A stretch of 64,000 nt of DNA from Alphaproteobacteria bacterium (GTDB lineage: Bacteria > Pseudomonadota > Alphaproteobacteria > SP197). Positions 9,567-20,332 of the stretch are shown piece after piece. The DNA is taken from the NCBI GenBank assembly GCA_964291265.2, contig OZ219747.1, forward strand, positions 4,128,001 to 4,192,000. Reading direction: 5' to 3'. Both the position numbers and the translations under genes were made by a program. Each line of letters starts with the position of its first letter. Positions within the stretch are counted from its first letter, which is position 1. The notes under the pieces were generated by a model that worked only from the letters and a program-made list of their open reading frames with translations, was not told the DNA's origin and searched no databases.

Positions 9567-11036
9567 ATGAAGAAGGCAACCACCGGACTCGGACTTGTCA
9601 CGGCCCTCGCACTTGCGGCGCCTGCAGGCGCACAGGACTACAGCGGTGTCACCGTCGAGATCCTGACGCGTCCGGGTCCCGTCATTGCACAGCGCCTCGT
9701 CGAACGAGGCGAGGAGTTCACAGCCATGACCGGCGCGGAGATCCGCGTCAACGAGGTTCCGTTTGCGGAGTTGTTCCAGAAAATCCTGACGGACTGGGCG
9801 ACCGGCACGAACTCGATCGATGTCGGTGTCTTCGCGTCCGGCTGGGCGACCGAACTGGTCGACGCCGAACTGGTCGAGCCCCTCGACGGCTACATCGCGA
9901 ATGACGACAAGATCGACATCGACGACATCGCGCCCTACTTCCGCGAATTCAACCAGAAGATCGGTGGCAAAACCTACCTGATCACCGTCGATGGCGACTT
10001 CCAGATGCTCTACTATCGCCGGGACATCCTGGACGAGATGGGCCTGGAGCCGCCGCGCACCTGGGACGAGTACATGACGGTCGCCGGCGCGATGCACGGC
10101 AAGGACCTGAACGGAGACGGTGAAGCCGACTTCGGCTCGTGCATCTTCAAGAAGCGGAATGCGCAGTCGTACTTTGCCATGGGATCCATTGCTGCAGGCT
10201 TCGTGCAGACCAAGGGCACGGGAGAGGGCATCTTCTTCCACAACGACACGATGAAACCCAAGGTCGACAACGAAGCCTGGCAGGAGGCGTTCAGGGTCTA
10301 CAAGGCAACCGGCGAATTCGGCCCGCCCGACGAGTTGAACCACGACATCGGCGACACCCGTGGACTGGTCCAGTCTGGCCGGTGCGGTCTCGCCATAGAC
10401 TGGGGCGACATCGGCCCGCTGTCGATCGACCCGTCCGGAGCCGCGATCAAGGACAAGATGGGCGCCGTGATCATGCCCGGCTCACCCATGGCCCTCAACG
10501 TGGAAACCGGCAAGCTCGAGCCATGCAATGCGACACTCTGCCCGCATGCGATCGACGGCATCAACTACGCTCCGTTTGCCGCATTCGGTGGATGGGCCGG
10601 CGCGATCAACAAGAACTCCGACGCCAAGGTCAAGCAGGCGGCCTACGACTTCCTGTCCTACGTGAACCAGGCCGCTCAGTCGAACGTCGACGTGACCATC
10701 GGCTGGACGGGGTACAATCCCTACAGGAACTCGCAGCTCGAAAATGCCGAGAACTGGATCGAGGCCGGATTCAGCCCTGAATTCGCCGAGAACTATCTTG
10801 GCGCGATCAAGGACAGCCTGAACCATCCGAACATGGCGTCAGACCTCAAGATCCCCGGTGCGCAGCAGTACACCGGCGTGGTCCTCGACCGCGAATTGGC
10901 CCGCTTCCTCGCAGGTGAGATCACGGCAGAGCAGGCAACCAGGAACATCGAGGAAGCCTGGGAGGAAATCACCGAGGACTTCGGCCGCGAAAGCCAGATG
11001 ACCATCTACAATCTGTCGCTCGGCATAACGAACTGA
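9567..11036 (+). CDS. Sugar ABC transporter (CUT1) substrate-binding protein
   Basis: Signal peptide MKKATTGLGL..; DGDFQMLYYRRD and PPRTWDEY motifs. Confidence 0.9.
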   Translation: MKKATTGLGLVTALALAAPAGAQDYSGVTVEILTRPGPVIAQRLVERGEEFTAMTGAEIRVNEVPFAELFQKILTDWATGTNSIDVGVFASGWATELVDAELVEPLDGYIANDDKIDIDDIAPYFREFNQKIGGKTYLITVDGDFQMLYYRRDILDEMGLEPPRTWDEYMTVAGAMHGKDLNGDGEADFGSCIFKKRNAQSYFAMGSIAAGFVQTKGTGEGIFFHNDTMKPKVDNEAWQEAFRVYKATGEFGPPDELNHDIGDTRGLVQSGRCGLAIDWGDIGPLSIDPSGAAIKDKMGAVIMPGSPMALNVETGKLEPCNATLCPHAIDGINYAPFAAFGGWAGAINKNSDAKVKQAAYDFLSYVNQAAQSNVDVTIGWTGYNPYRNSQLENAENWIEAGFSPEFAENYLGAIKDSLNHPNMASDLKIPGAQQYTGVVLDRELARFLAGEITAEQATRNIEEAWEEITEDFGRESQMTIYNLSLGITN

Positions 11037-12194
11037 GTGTTGACCGGTTCGGAAGAATCCGTGCGGCCCGGGCCCCCTCGGGCCGCACCTTCCTCAGGCG
11101 CGCGCGAGCGGCTGTCCGACTGGATCGACCGCCGCTCGGCGCAGGTCTTCATCTGGCCGGCGGTCATCATGATCCTGGTCTTCTCGATCTTCCCGCTCGT
11201 GGCCTCCCTCATCATGGCCTTGAGCCGCATCCGATTCAGGGGCGGCACCTACAAGGTCCGCTTCGTCTGGTTCCAGAACTTCGAGAAGCAGCTCTTCGGA
11301 TCCGAACAGTTTCACTTCCTCGGAACCTTCAACGGCCTTGGGCTCATGGGCTGGGCTGTCGGCCTGGCAGTCACGCTCCTGATCGCCTGGCTCGCCATCC
11401 GCTATCTGCGCGGATCGGTCACGGCGGTCGGGCTGGTCGGCCGCCTCTTCACCTGGGGGTTGAGCCTGGGCCTGGGGTGGCTCTTTGCGACGACGCTGTT
11501 TTCGGGCCATCCATTCGGCACACTTGGTACGACGCTGTTCTATGTCTTTGTCGGCTGCGGCATTCAATTCGTGATCGGCCTGGCGCTGGCCTTTCTGTGC
11601 TCGCTGCCGATTCGGGGAAGAACCTTCTTTCGCGTGGTCTTCTTCATCCCGCTCATGATCACCCCAATCGGCGTCGGTTATGCGTTCCGCATGATGGCGG
11701 ACACGACCAAGGGGCCCTTCTCGCCCGTCTGGCAATGGGCCGGCCTTGGCGATTTCGCCTGGGCGGCGGATGCCTGGGCCGCGCGTTTCTTCATCGTCAT
11801 AGGTGACAGCTGGCAGTGGATTCCCTTCATATTCGTCGTCATGCTCGCCGCTCTCGAAAGCGTGCCGCGCGACTATGTCGAGGCGGCACAGGTCGACGGG
11901 GCCACATCGTGGGAAATCTTCAAGGACATTACTTGGCCGCAAGTCGTTCCCGTCGCCGCAACGGTCCTGCTGATCAGGGTGATCGAGGCATTCAAGATCG
12001 TGGATCTGCCGAACATCATGACTGCGGGAGGACCGGGCATAGCAACCGAATCCATGACGCTTCACGCGCTCTTCGCCTGGCGCTCGCTTGATCTGGGCCA
12101 GTCGGCAGCCGTGGCATATCTCCTGCTCTTCGTGACGGTCGTGACCTGCGTTTCATTCTTCAATCTCGTTGTCCTGAAGAGGGTGCGGGCGTGA
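11037..12194 (+). CDS. Sugar ABC transporter permease
   Basis: WQWIPF and EAAQVDGA (EAA loop). Confidence 0.9.
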   Translation: MLTGSEESVRPGPPRAAPSSGARERLSDWIDRRSAQVFIWPAVIMILVFSIFPLVASLIMALSRIRFRGGTYKVRFVWFQNFEKQLFGSEQFHFLGTFNGLGLMGWAVGLAVTLLIAWLAIRYLRGSVTAVGLVGRLFTWGLSLGLGWLFATTLFSGHPFGTLGTTLFYVFVGCGIQFVIGLALAFLCSLPIRGRTFFRVVFFIPLMITPIGVGYAFRMMADTTKGPFSPVWQWAGLGDFAWAADAWAARFFIVIGDSWQWIPFIFVVMLAALESVPRDYVEAAQVDGATSWEIFKDITWPQVVPVAATVLLIRVIEAFKIVDLPNIMTAGGPGIATESMTLHALFAWRSLDLGQSAAVAYLLLFVTVVTCVSFFNLVVLKRVRA

Positions 12195-13237
12195 ACAGGA
12201 ATGCACTGCGATGGCTCTTCGAGCCGATCTCCATCCGGCACATGGCGCCGGGAACGAAGGTGATCGTCTACGCGATACTGGCGTCCTGGACGGCATTCGT
12301 GCTGTTCCCGATCTACTGGGTGCTCATCACGTCCTTCAAGGACGCGATCGACGTCAATGCCGGACCTGTGTATCTGCCGTTCGTTGATTTCCAGCCAAGC
12401 CTGCATGCCTGGAAGGAACTGTTCGTCTTCGACTTCAAGGACACGCTCAGCGCCTACATGAACTCGCTGACGATTGCGCTCTCCGCCACTGCAGCGAGCG
12501 TCATCATCGGCTCCATGGCGTCCTACGCGCTGGCCCGCTTCGAGTATCAGCCGCGATTCGGCGTCGTGTTCATGTTCGTCCTTGTCATGATCGGCGCGTT
12601 TGTCGCGGTCGGCCGCTACGCTGTCGACTGGCGGCTGGCCTGTGCGGCGGGCGTCGCCGTCTTCTACTTTCTTGCCCGGGCGCTCGGGCGTCATTTCAAG
12701 GCGCGACTTGGCAACGGCGATATCCTCTTCTGGATGATCTCGCAGAGAATCCTGGCGCCGATCGTGGTTGTCGTGCCCATCTACATGATGTTCCAGCAGG
12801 TCTCGCTTCTCGACACCCATATCGCGATCATCCTGACCTACACGGTCATCAACCTGCCTATTGTCATCTGGCTGATGTACGATTTCTTCACGTCCATTCC
12901 CGTCGACCTGGAGGAATGCGCGCAGCTCGATGGGGCGACCCGGTTCGGCGTCTTCCGGGACATCGTGCTGCCGCTGTCGCGGTCCGGCCTTGCCGCCACC
13001 ACGCTCCTCGTCATGATCCTGAGCTGGAACGAGTATCTTCTCGCACTCTTCCTTTCAACGTCCCGCGCACAGACCATGCCCATCCTCGTGGCCGCCATGA
13101 ACGCGGGCGAGCGCGGCATTCTCTGGTGGTCGATGTCGGTCGTCATCATCGTCATGATCATCCCGGTCGTGATCCTCGCGATCATCCTTCAACGCTACAT
13201 CTCCAGGGGCCTCCTGCTGGGGGCAGTCAAGGGATAG
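12191..13237 (+). CDS. Sugar ABC transporter permease
   Basis: EECAQLDGA, WNEYL and C-terminal GAVKG. Confidence 0.9.
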   Translation: MNRNALRWLFEPISIRHMAPGTKVIVYAILASWTAFVLFPIYWVLITSFKDAIDVNAGPVYLPFVDFQPSLHAWKELFVFDFKDTLSAYMNSLTIALSATAASVIIGSMASYALARFEYQPRFGVVFMFVLVMIGAFVAVGRYAVDWRLACAAGVAVFYFLARALGRHFKARLGNGDILFWMISQRILAPIVVVVPIYMMFQQVSLLDTHIAIILTYTVINLPIVIWLMYDFFTSIPVDLEECAQLDGATRFGVFRDIVLPLSRSGLAATTLLVMILSWNEYLLALFLSTSRAQTMPILVAAMNAGERGILWWSMSVVIIVMIIPVVILAIILQRYISRGLLLGAVKG

Positions 13238-13241
13238 GACC

Positions 13242-14297
13242 ATGACTGTTGTCCTTGATGCCGTCTCGAAGTCTTTCGCGAGCGTGAAGGTCCTGCACGA
13301 ACTGTCGCTCGAGGTGCGGGATGGAGAGTTCCTGGTCCTGCTCGGCGCGTCGGGCTCCGGGAAGTCGACGGCGCTCAGGATGATCGCGGGACTGGAAACC
13401 GTGAGCGAAGGCCGCATCTTGATTTCGGGACGGGACGTGACGGATGAGCTGCCGAAGAACCGCGACGTCGCCATGGTGTTCCAGTCATACGCGCTCTATC
13501 CCCACAAGACCGTGGCCGAGAACATCGGCTACCCTCTCAAGATCCGGCGCATGAACCGCACCGACATCGGGAGCCAGGTTCGCGAGGTGGCGGCACAGGT
13601 TCGCATCGACGAACTGCTCGAACGATACCCCCGCGAGCTCTCCGGCGGGCAGCGGCAACGCGTGGCACTTGCGCGCGCCATGGTGCGACGGCCTTCGGTC
13701 TTCCTCATGGACGAACCATTGTCGAATCTCGACGCACAGTTGCGCGGCCACATGCGCGCCGAACTCAAGCACATGCAGCACGAACTCGGCATCACCACGA
13801 TCTACGTCACCCACGATCAGATCGAAGCCATGACGCTTGCACATCGCGTTGCCCTTCTCGAAGGCGGACGGCTCCAGCAACTGGCCGCACCGAAGACGAT
13901 CTACGATGATCCGGAAAACCTCTTTGTCGCCCAGTTCATCGGCTCGCCACCAATGAACGTGGTCCACGGAACACTGGATGCAGGCACGTTCGTGATCGGC
14001 GAGGACCGCGTTGCCACAGGGGGGACGGAATCCGTAGCCAACGCCGTGATCGGCCTGCGGGCCGAGGACTGCCAGGTCGTGACCCCGGAAGACGGCGCGA
14101 TCCGCGCCCAGCTCTTTGCGAACGAACTGATCGGAGACCACACGCTGGTCACCGCCAAGATCGGCAACGACATGGTCTCCATCAAGGCACCGAAGGAGTT
14201 CGAAGCGGGGTTTGACGAGGCGATCGGAATCTCCTTCGAGACGGACAAGCTCTATCTCTTCGACAGGGATACAGGGGCACGCATCCGACGATCTTGA
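13242..14297 (+). CDS. Sugar ABC transporter ATP-binding protein (MalK/UgpC-like)
   Basis: GASGSGKS, LSGGQRQR and DEPLSNLD motifs. Confidence 0.95.
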   Translation: MTVVLDAVSKSFASVKVLHELSLEVRDGEFLVLLGASGSGKSTALRMIAGLETVSEGRILISGRDVTDELPKNRDVAMVFQSYALYPHKTVAENIGYPLKIRRMNRTDIGSQVREVAAQVRIDELLERYPRELSGGQRQRVALARAMVRRPSVFLMDEPLSNLDAQLRGHMRAELKHMQHELGITTIYVTHDQIEAMTLAHRVALLEGGRLQQLAAPKTIYDDPENLFVAQFIGSPPMNVVHGTLDAGTFVIGEDRVATGGTESVANAVIGLRAEDCQVVTPEDGAIRAQLFANELIGDHTLVTAKIGNDMVSIKAPKEFEAGFDEAIGISFETDKLYLFDRDTGARIRRS

Positions 14298-14350
14298 CCG
14301 CCTCTGCAACGGGGTGCAGGGTCGTTGACAAGTTGCGTGGAGCGTTGCCG

Positions 14351-15952
14351 ATGTCGTCTGCAACCGGTTACGATTTTGTCATTGTCGGCGGTGGATCCGC
14401 AGGTTGCGTGCTGGCGGCCAGGCTCTCCGAGCTTGAAGACTGTCGTGTCTGCCTGATCGAGGCCGGCGGACGGGACTGGCACCCGCTCTATCACGTTCCC
14501 GCCGGCTTCGCGAGGATGACCAAGGGCATCGGAAGCTGGGGCTGGTCGACGGTGCCCCAGAAACACCTGGGCGGCAGATCCCTCGTCTACACCCAGGCGA
14601 AGGTCATCGGTGGCGGCTCCACGATCAACGCCCAGGTCTATACCCGCGGCAACGCGCTCGACTATGACGAATGGCGCCAGCTCGGCTGTGACGGATGGAG
14701 TTATGAGGATGTCCTGCCCTATTTTCGCAAGGCGGAGCGCAACGACACGCATGACGACTGTTATCACGGGACGGAAGGCCCCTTGGGGGTGTCGCGTCCA
14801 GCCGCAGCGCTGCCCATTTGTGACGCATTCCTGGAATCTGCCGAAACCTTGGGCATTCCCCGCAATCCCGACCTCGCCGGCGAACACCAGGAAGGCGTGG
14901 GCTACTACCAGCTTACCCAGTCGAATGCCCGTCGCTCGTCCGCGGCGATCGCCTATCTGCGGCCGGCCCTGAAGCGCCCGAATCTCGACTTGCGACTGAA
15001 CGCCCAGGTCCTGCGACTGGAGACCGACAGGGGCCGGGTGAGCGGAGTCGTCGTTGCCGACGGTACGAACGAACGGGTCATTCGCCCGGACACCGAAGTC
15101 GTCGTGTCCTCAGGTGCGATAGGTTCGCCGAAGCTCTTGATGCTCTCGGGCATAGGTCCGGCGGACCACCTGCGCTCGCACGGCGTGACGGTTGCTTGCG
15201 ACCATCCCGGCGTGGGGTCGAATCTGCAGGATCACCTGGACTTCTGCACGATTGCCGAATGCACCGGCGAACATACGTACGACAAGTACGCCCGCCCGTT
15301 CTGGTCCGCGGTTGCCGGCATGCGCTACCTGCTCACGCGTCGGGGACCGGTCGCTTCAAGCCTCTTCGAGACCGGCGGCTTCTGGTATGTCGAGGAAGGA
15401 GCGAGATCGCCTGACATCCAGTTCCATCTCGGCCTCGGATCCGGAATCGAGGCCGGCATCGCACGAATGGAGAAGGACGGTCTCACTCTCAATTCGGCCT
15501 ACATGCGGCCGCGCTCGCGCGGCACCGTCAGGCTGGCGACGACAGACCCGGCCGACCCGCCGCTCATCGATCCGAACTACTGGTCCGACACACATGACCG
15601 CGACATGGCGGTTCGGGGCCTGAAACTCGCACAGAGAATCCTCGCCGCAGCGCCCCTTGCACCCTATGTCAGCCGTGAAGTCCTGCCGGGACCGGACGTC
15701 AGGACAGACGACGACTACTTCGCCTACGCTGCCGCCATGGCGAAGACCGACCACCATCCATCGGGCACGTGCAGAATGGGATCGGACCCGGATGCCGTCG
15801 TCACTCCGCGCCTGAGTCTGAACGGCATCGACGGCCTGCGTGTCGTCGATGCCTCGATCATGCCGCGACTGATTTCCTCGAACACGAATGCGGCAACGAT
15901 CATGATCGCGGAAAAGGCCGCCGACATGATCAAGGCCGATCACGCGGGCTGA
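14351..15952 (+). CDS. GMC-family FAD oxidoreductase
   Basis: GGGSAG, GGGSTIN, GSNLQDH, HPSGTCRMG and SSNTNA motifs. Confidence 0.92.
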   Translation: MSSATGYDFVIVGGGSAGCVLAARLSELEDCRVCLIEAGGRDWHPLYHVPAGFARMTKGIGSWGWSTVPQKHLGGRSLVYTQAKVIGGGSTINAQVYTRGNALDYDEWRQLGCDGWSYEDVLPYFRKAERNDTHDDCYHGTEGPLGVSRPAAALPICDAFLESAETLGIPRNPDLAGEHQEGVGYYQLTQSNARRSSAAIAYLRPALKRPNLDLRLNAQVLRLETDRGRVSGVVVADGTNERVIRPDTEVVVSSGAIGSPKLLMLSGIGPADHLRSHGVTVACDHPGVGSNLQDHLDFCTIAECTGEHTYDKYARPFWSAVAGMRYLLTRRGPVASSLFETGGFWYVEEGARSPDIQFHLGLGSGIEAGIARMEKDGLTLNSAYMRPRSRGTVRLATTDPADPPLIDPNYWSDTHDRDMAVRGLKLAQRILAAAPLAPYVSREVLPGPDVRTDDDYFAYAAAMAKTDHHPSGTCRMGSDPDAVVTPRLSLNGIDGLRVVDASIMPRLISSNTNAATIMIAEKAADMIKADHAG

Positions 15953-16263
15953 AACGCGGCGAATGCGCTTCCCGCGCGTTGCAGGCGGCCCCGGCACAAG
16001 AGTAAGGCCGGCACGGATCGATCCGGCCTGCGGAACGGCGTCGAACGGGCCTCGGTGCCAATGCACCGACAACTCCGCCACGTCTCCGGTCTTCCCCTTG
16101 CCCACAAATTTCGCTCCAAGACCCCGCGCCACAAGCCGGGAGCGCGCCGCCTGACGGCGCAACAGGACAGCTCTGCTCGAACACTCGAAAAAGCGTGCCC
16201 GGTGAGCCCTGATGCACCGGAAGCGGCCATTGAAACCGACACCAGTGAACCCGGGGCGCCTCA

Positions 16264-16306
16264 ACATTGAGAGTCATCTGGGGGGCGGAGCGCTGATGAA
16301 GCGCAA
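16264..16306 (+). pseudogene. 43-bp fragment of a Dam-like methyltransferase gene (IESHLGGGALMKR)
   Basis: Near-identical to 46628-46666 of the methyltransferase relic. Confidence 0.6.
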
Positions 16307-16794
16307 CATGGGCGGCAGCGGCCTCGTCCGATCCGGGTCGCCGACACGATCGACAGCGCGCTGTCAGCAGGCAGAGTGCCGGGGGGGGGTGCGCGGTGGT
16401 CTCGCCGACACAGCGCCAGCCGGCCGCCAGGAAGCAACTGCCCCGATACTCCGGTACGACAAAGATCAAGGGCCAGAACCGGACGGATGCCATAGGCCGG
16501 CGCGAAGTCCCCACCTAAGCGCCGGGCCACCATGCTGATGTCGGGGTTTCGCGGTGTTCTCGCCCAAGATGCCATCCCGGCGCACCACAGCAACTCGTTG
16601 CCGATACCGGCTCATCTTCACGCAGACGGACGACTGTCGGCGGCGATTTAGAACGGCGGGATATTGGCGGAGAACCGCTCTTTTGGGCGCTGATCGTGTG
16701 AGTGGGTGACCACGACAGGAGAACGTGCGGCATTGGACGAAGGTCCGCCCGGTCTTTGTTTTCTGCCTATTGTTGGATCCCATTGGTCTTGCAT

Positions 16795-17125
16795 TGACGT
16801 TGACGATGTCGTTCCGGTCGGCGTTCTGGCGTTCGGCGTTTGTGGAACGTGATGTGGGAGGGGAGCTTCAGGCTTTTGCGCGTGGTTTCGTTCTGGCGTT
16901 CTCCGTCCTCGTCGTGGTTCGTCGGGCGGGACGATCTCGAGGCTGGAGAGCTGACGGTTTCTGTTGCGCTGGGCGAAGAGGCTGCGTGCGTTGCGGTTGC
17001 GGCGGCGCAGGGTGCGGCAGGCGTCGAGTGTTTTCGGGCGGATGCTGCGACCTGTGAGCCAGTCCGGCGGCGGATCGGGCGTTGCTGCGGCTCAGCGGCT
17101 GCGGCAGTCTCGTGATGTGGTGTCG
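16795..17125 (-). pseudogene. Diverged, internally deleted paralog of the Toprim gene (second copy about 19232-19565)
   Basis: Blocks such as gtggaacgtgatgtgggaggggagcttca and cgatctcgaggctggagagctga align by eye to the intact Toprim gene. Confidence 0.7.
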
Positions 17126-17751
17126 TTTGGACGGCCCGGGGGTTTCCCGGGGAGGCTGAGAGGCGCGTCGGGGTGAGACGTTCTCATTCCTGGATGGTAA
17201 CGCGTGACCGCGTTCAAGGGTCTTGCGAGATTACGTGTCCCTTCCGTAGCCGCGTGGCGGTTCGATGTCCTCGAGGGCCTCGATGTCGGCATCGGCGACG
17301 ATCTGCAGGCGTTCTCCGTAAGGCGTGTCACGGAGGGTTTCGGGGATGCTGTCGAGGCGGTCACGCCATTCGTCCTGCAGGGTGCGGCAGGCGTCGAGTG
17401 TTTTCGGGCGGATGCTGCGACCTGTGAGCCAGTCCGCGTTGGATCGGGCGTCGCTGCGGCTCAGAGGCTGCGGCAGTCTCGTGATGCGGTGTCGTTTGGA
17501 CGGTCCGGGTGTTTCCCGGGGAAGCTGAGAGGCGCGTCGGGATGAGACGTTCTCATTCCTGGATGGTAACGCGTGACCGCGTTCAAGGGTCTTGCGGGAT
17601 CACGTATCCCTTCCGTAGCCGCGTGGCGGTTCGATGTCCTCGAGGGCCTCGATGTCGGCATCGGCGACGCTCTGCAGGCGTTCTCCGTAAGGCGTGTCAC
17701 GGAGGCTTTCGGGGATGCTGTCGAGGCGGTCACGCCATTCGTCCTGCAGGG
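17007..17751. repeat. Nested tandem repeat of about 370 bp (also about 19446-20167)
   Basis: Units start at GCAGGGTGCGGCAGG (17007, 17377) and contain a Toprim relic, a hairpin spacer and the 3' half of the small ORF. Confidence 0.85.
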
Positions 17752-17890
17752 AGCGCAGTTCGGCCACGGCGTCGTTCCAGCGTTGCGGTCGCGAGCGCCG
17801 GTCACGGTGCTTTGGGGTGTGGACGGGAGGGATGCCGGCCTTGCGCCGTTCCCGGTATCGCCGCTGCTTTTCGGCGGGCGTGAGGGGCAT
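17600..17890 (-). CDS. Small conserved hypothetical protein, 96 aa (copy 1)
   Basis: MPLTPAEKQRRYRERRKAG..RSRPQRWNDAVAEL..IEPPRGYGRD with an AAGGAG RBS. Confidence 0.75.
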   Translation of the reverse strand: MPLTPAEKQRRYRERRKAGIPPVHTPKHRDRRSRPQRWNDAVAELRSLQDEWRDRLDSIPESLRDTPYGERLQSVADADIEALEDIEPPRGYGRDT

Positions 17891-17916
17891 GAGTGGTCTC
17901 CTTGTGACGGACGTGG

Positions 17917-18810
17917 TCATGATCTCGCTTGTGGTTCTTTGGTCCTGGCGTTGACGACGTCGTTCCAGTCGGCGTTTTCCGGCGGTCTGCGTCTGTGGAA
18001 CGAGACGTGGGAGGGGAGCTTCATCTTTTTGCGCAGGGTTTCGGCCTGTCGCTCTCCGGCCTCGTCGTGGTCCTGGGCGAGGACGATGGTCCTGACGTTG
18101 GGCAGGCTGCTTGCGGCGAGGCTGATCTGTTCGTGCTGTCTTCGCGAGGGTGCCCCGGCGGTGGAGAGGAAGGCGTGGCTGGGGGGACATTGGTCGATCT
18201 GGGCCAGGCTGAGGGCGTCGACGGCGCTTTCGGTGATGACGAGGGCCTCGAGGTCCGCGGCGGTTCCGGCGCGGACGGCGAACAGGCTTCGGGTTCCACC
18301 GGTGGCGAAGCGTTTCGGTCCGTCGGGGGGACCGATCTCGAAGCCGGTGAGCTTTCGCTTCCTGTTGCGATGGGCGAAGAGGACGCGTCCGTTGTGGTCG
18401 CGGCGGACCAGGGGGCGGCAGGTGTCGAGGGTCTCCGGGAGGATGCCGCGCCCGGTGAGCCAGTCCGGGGCCGCATCGGGCGTTGCCGCGGCCCAGAGGC
18501 TGCGGAAGTCGCGTGGCGCGGTGTCGGGTGCTGTGAAGCGGGTGCAGATGTCGGCGAAGGCCAGTCCGCGGTTGAGCATGAAGTCGATGACGGTTCCGTT
18601 GTCTTCATCGTTCTGGGTGTTGAAGTAGACCCAGTGTCCGTTGTTGAGGCACTTCGTGACGAGCTTCGGCAGGCCGGGTGCGCACAGGACGGGGTTGGCG
18701 CGTGTCGAGGCCTGTTCGTCGCGGACGTATCCCCAGTCGGCGGCGATGCGTTCGAACGGCATGCGCTTGACGGCGTCGAAGTCGACGCGGCGGGGTTTAT
18801 CGGGTTTCAC
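17917..18810 (-). CDS. DUF3991/Toprim primase-like protein (copy 1)
   Basis: DNGTVIDF, WLTGRGI, ITESAVDALS, AQDHDEAG and DWNDV motifs. Confidence 0.78.
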   Translation of the reverse strand: MKPDKPRRVDFDAVKRMPFERIAADWGYVRDEQASTRANPVLCAPGLPKLVTKCLNNGHWVYFNTQNDEDNGTVIDFMLNRGLAFADICTRFTAPDTAPRDFRSLWAAATPDAAPDWLTGRGILPETLDTCRPLVRRDHNGRVLFAHRNRKRKLTGFEIGPPDGPKRFATGGTRSLFAVRAGTAADLEALVITESAVDALSLAQIDQCPPSHAFLSTAGAPSRRQHEQISLAASSLPNVRTIVLAQDHDEAGERQAETLRKKMKLPSHVSFHRRRPPENADWNDVVNARTKEPQARS

Positions 18811-19071
18811 GCCTGAGCCGCCAGGAGTCGCTGTCGATGGAGATGAGGGTTGCGTCGTGCATGAGCCGGTCGACGGTGCCGGCGATGCCGGAGGCGCTGG
18901 GGAAGACGCGGTCCCACTGGGCGAAGGCGAGGCTTGTCGTGACCATGGTCGAGCGGCGCTGATAGCGCCGCGAGACGATGGCGTAGAGGATGTCGGCATG
19001 GTGGCTTTCGAGGGTCACGTAGCCGATTTCGTCGAGGATGAGCAGGCGGGGCCTGGCGAGGATCGCGAGGC
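18797..19071 (-). pseudogene. istB: 3' fragment of istB in the duplicated arm
   Basis: Matches 21213-21487; truncated by the IR at 19072. Confidence 0.85.
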
Positions 19072-20015
19072 TGTCGGCGGCGATTTAGAACGGCGGGATA
19101 TTGGCGGAGAACCGCTCTTTTGGGCGCTGATCGTGTGAGTGGGTGACCACGACAGGAGAACGTGCGGCATTGGACGAAGGTCCGCCCGGTCTTTGTTTTC
19201 TGCCTATTGTTGGATCCCATTGGTCTTGCATTGACGTTGACGATGTCGTTCCGGTCGGCGTTTTCTGGCGTTCGGCGTTTGTGGAACGTGATGTGGGAGG
19301 GGAGCTTCAGGCTTTTGCGCGTGGTTTCGTTCTGGCGTTCTCCGGCCTCGTCGTGGTTCGTCGGGCGGGACGATCTCGAGGCTGGAGAGCTGACGGTTTC
19401 TGTTGCGCTGGGCGAAGAGGCTGCGTGCGTTGCGGTTGCGGCGGCGCAGGGTGCGGCAGGCGTCGAGTGTTTTCGGGCGGATGCTGCGACCTGTGAGCCA
19501 GTCCGGCGGCGGATCGGGCGTTGCTGCGGCTCAGCGGCTGCGGCAGTCTCGTGATGTGGTGTCGTTTGGACGGCCCGGGGGTTTCCCGGGGAGGCTGAGA
19601 GGCGCGTCGGGGTGAGACGTTCTCATTCCTGGATGGTAACGCGTGACCGCGTTCAAGGGTCTTGCGAGATTACGTGTCCCTTCCGTAGCCGCGTGGCGGT
19701 TCGATGTCCTCGAGAGCCTCGATGTCGGCATCGGCGACGCTCTGCAGGCGTTCTCCGTAAGGCGTGTCACGGAGGGTTTCGGGGATGCTGTCGAGGCGGT
19801 CACGCCATTCGTCCTGCAGGGTGCGGCAGGCGTCGAGTGTTTTCGGGCGGATGCTGCGACCTGTAAGCCAGTCCGGCCAGCGGCTGCGGCAGTCTCGTGA
19901 TGCGGTGTCGTTTGGACGGCCCGGGAGTTTCCCGGGGAGGCTGAGCGGCGCGTCGGGGTGAGACGTTCTCATTCCTGGATGGTAACGCGTGACCGCGTTC
20001 AAGGGTCTTGCGGGA

Positions 20016-20306
20016 TCACGTATCCCTTCCGTAGCCGCGTGGCGGTTCGATGTCCTCGAGGGCCTCGATGTCGGCATCGGCGACGCTCTGCAGGCGTTCT
20101 CCGTAAGGCGTGTCACGGAGGCTTTCGGGGATGCTGTCGAGGTGGTCACGCCATTCGTCCTGCAGGGCGCGCAGTTCGGCCACGGCGTCGTTCCAGCGTT
20201 GCGGTCGCGAGCGCCGGTCACGGTGCTTTGGGGTGTGGACGGGAGGGATGCCGGCCTTGCGCCGTTCCCGGTATCGCCGCTGCTTTTCGGCGGGCGTGAG
20301 GGGCAT
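20016..20306 (-). CDS. Small conserved hypothetical protein, 96 aa (copy 2)
   Basis: As copy 1, with two amino-acid differences (S/A, R/H). Confidence 0.75.
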   Translation of the reverse strand: MPLTPAEKQRRYRERRKAGIPPVHTPKHRDRRSRPQRWNDAVAELRALQDEWRDHLDSIPESLRDTPYGERLQSVADADIEALEDIEPPRGYGRDT

Positions 20307-20332
20307 GAGTGGTCTCCTTGTGACGGACGTGG

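Noticed and set aside
17573-18816. 351-aa and 295-aa plus-strand ORFs (also duplicated at about 20-21.2 kb)
   Set aside because: Antisense to the Toprim gene, which carries the recognisable motifs.
17007-20167. Repeats as a CRISPR array or DGR template/variable pair
   Set aside because: Units are hundreds of bp long with no unique spacers, there is no cas or reverse transcriptase gene in the window, and the differences are not obviously adenine-specific.
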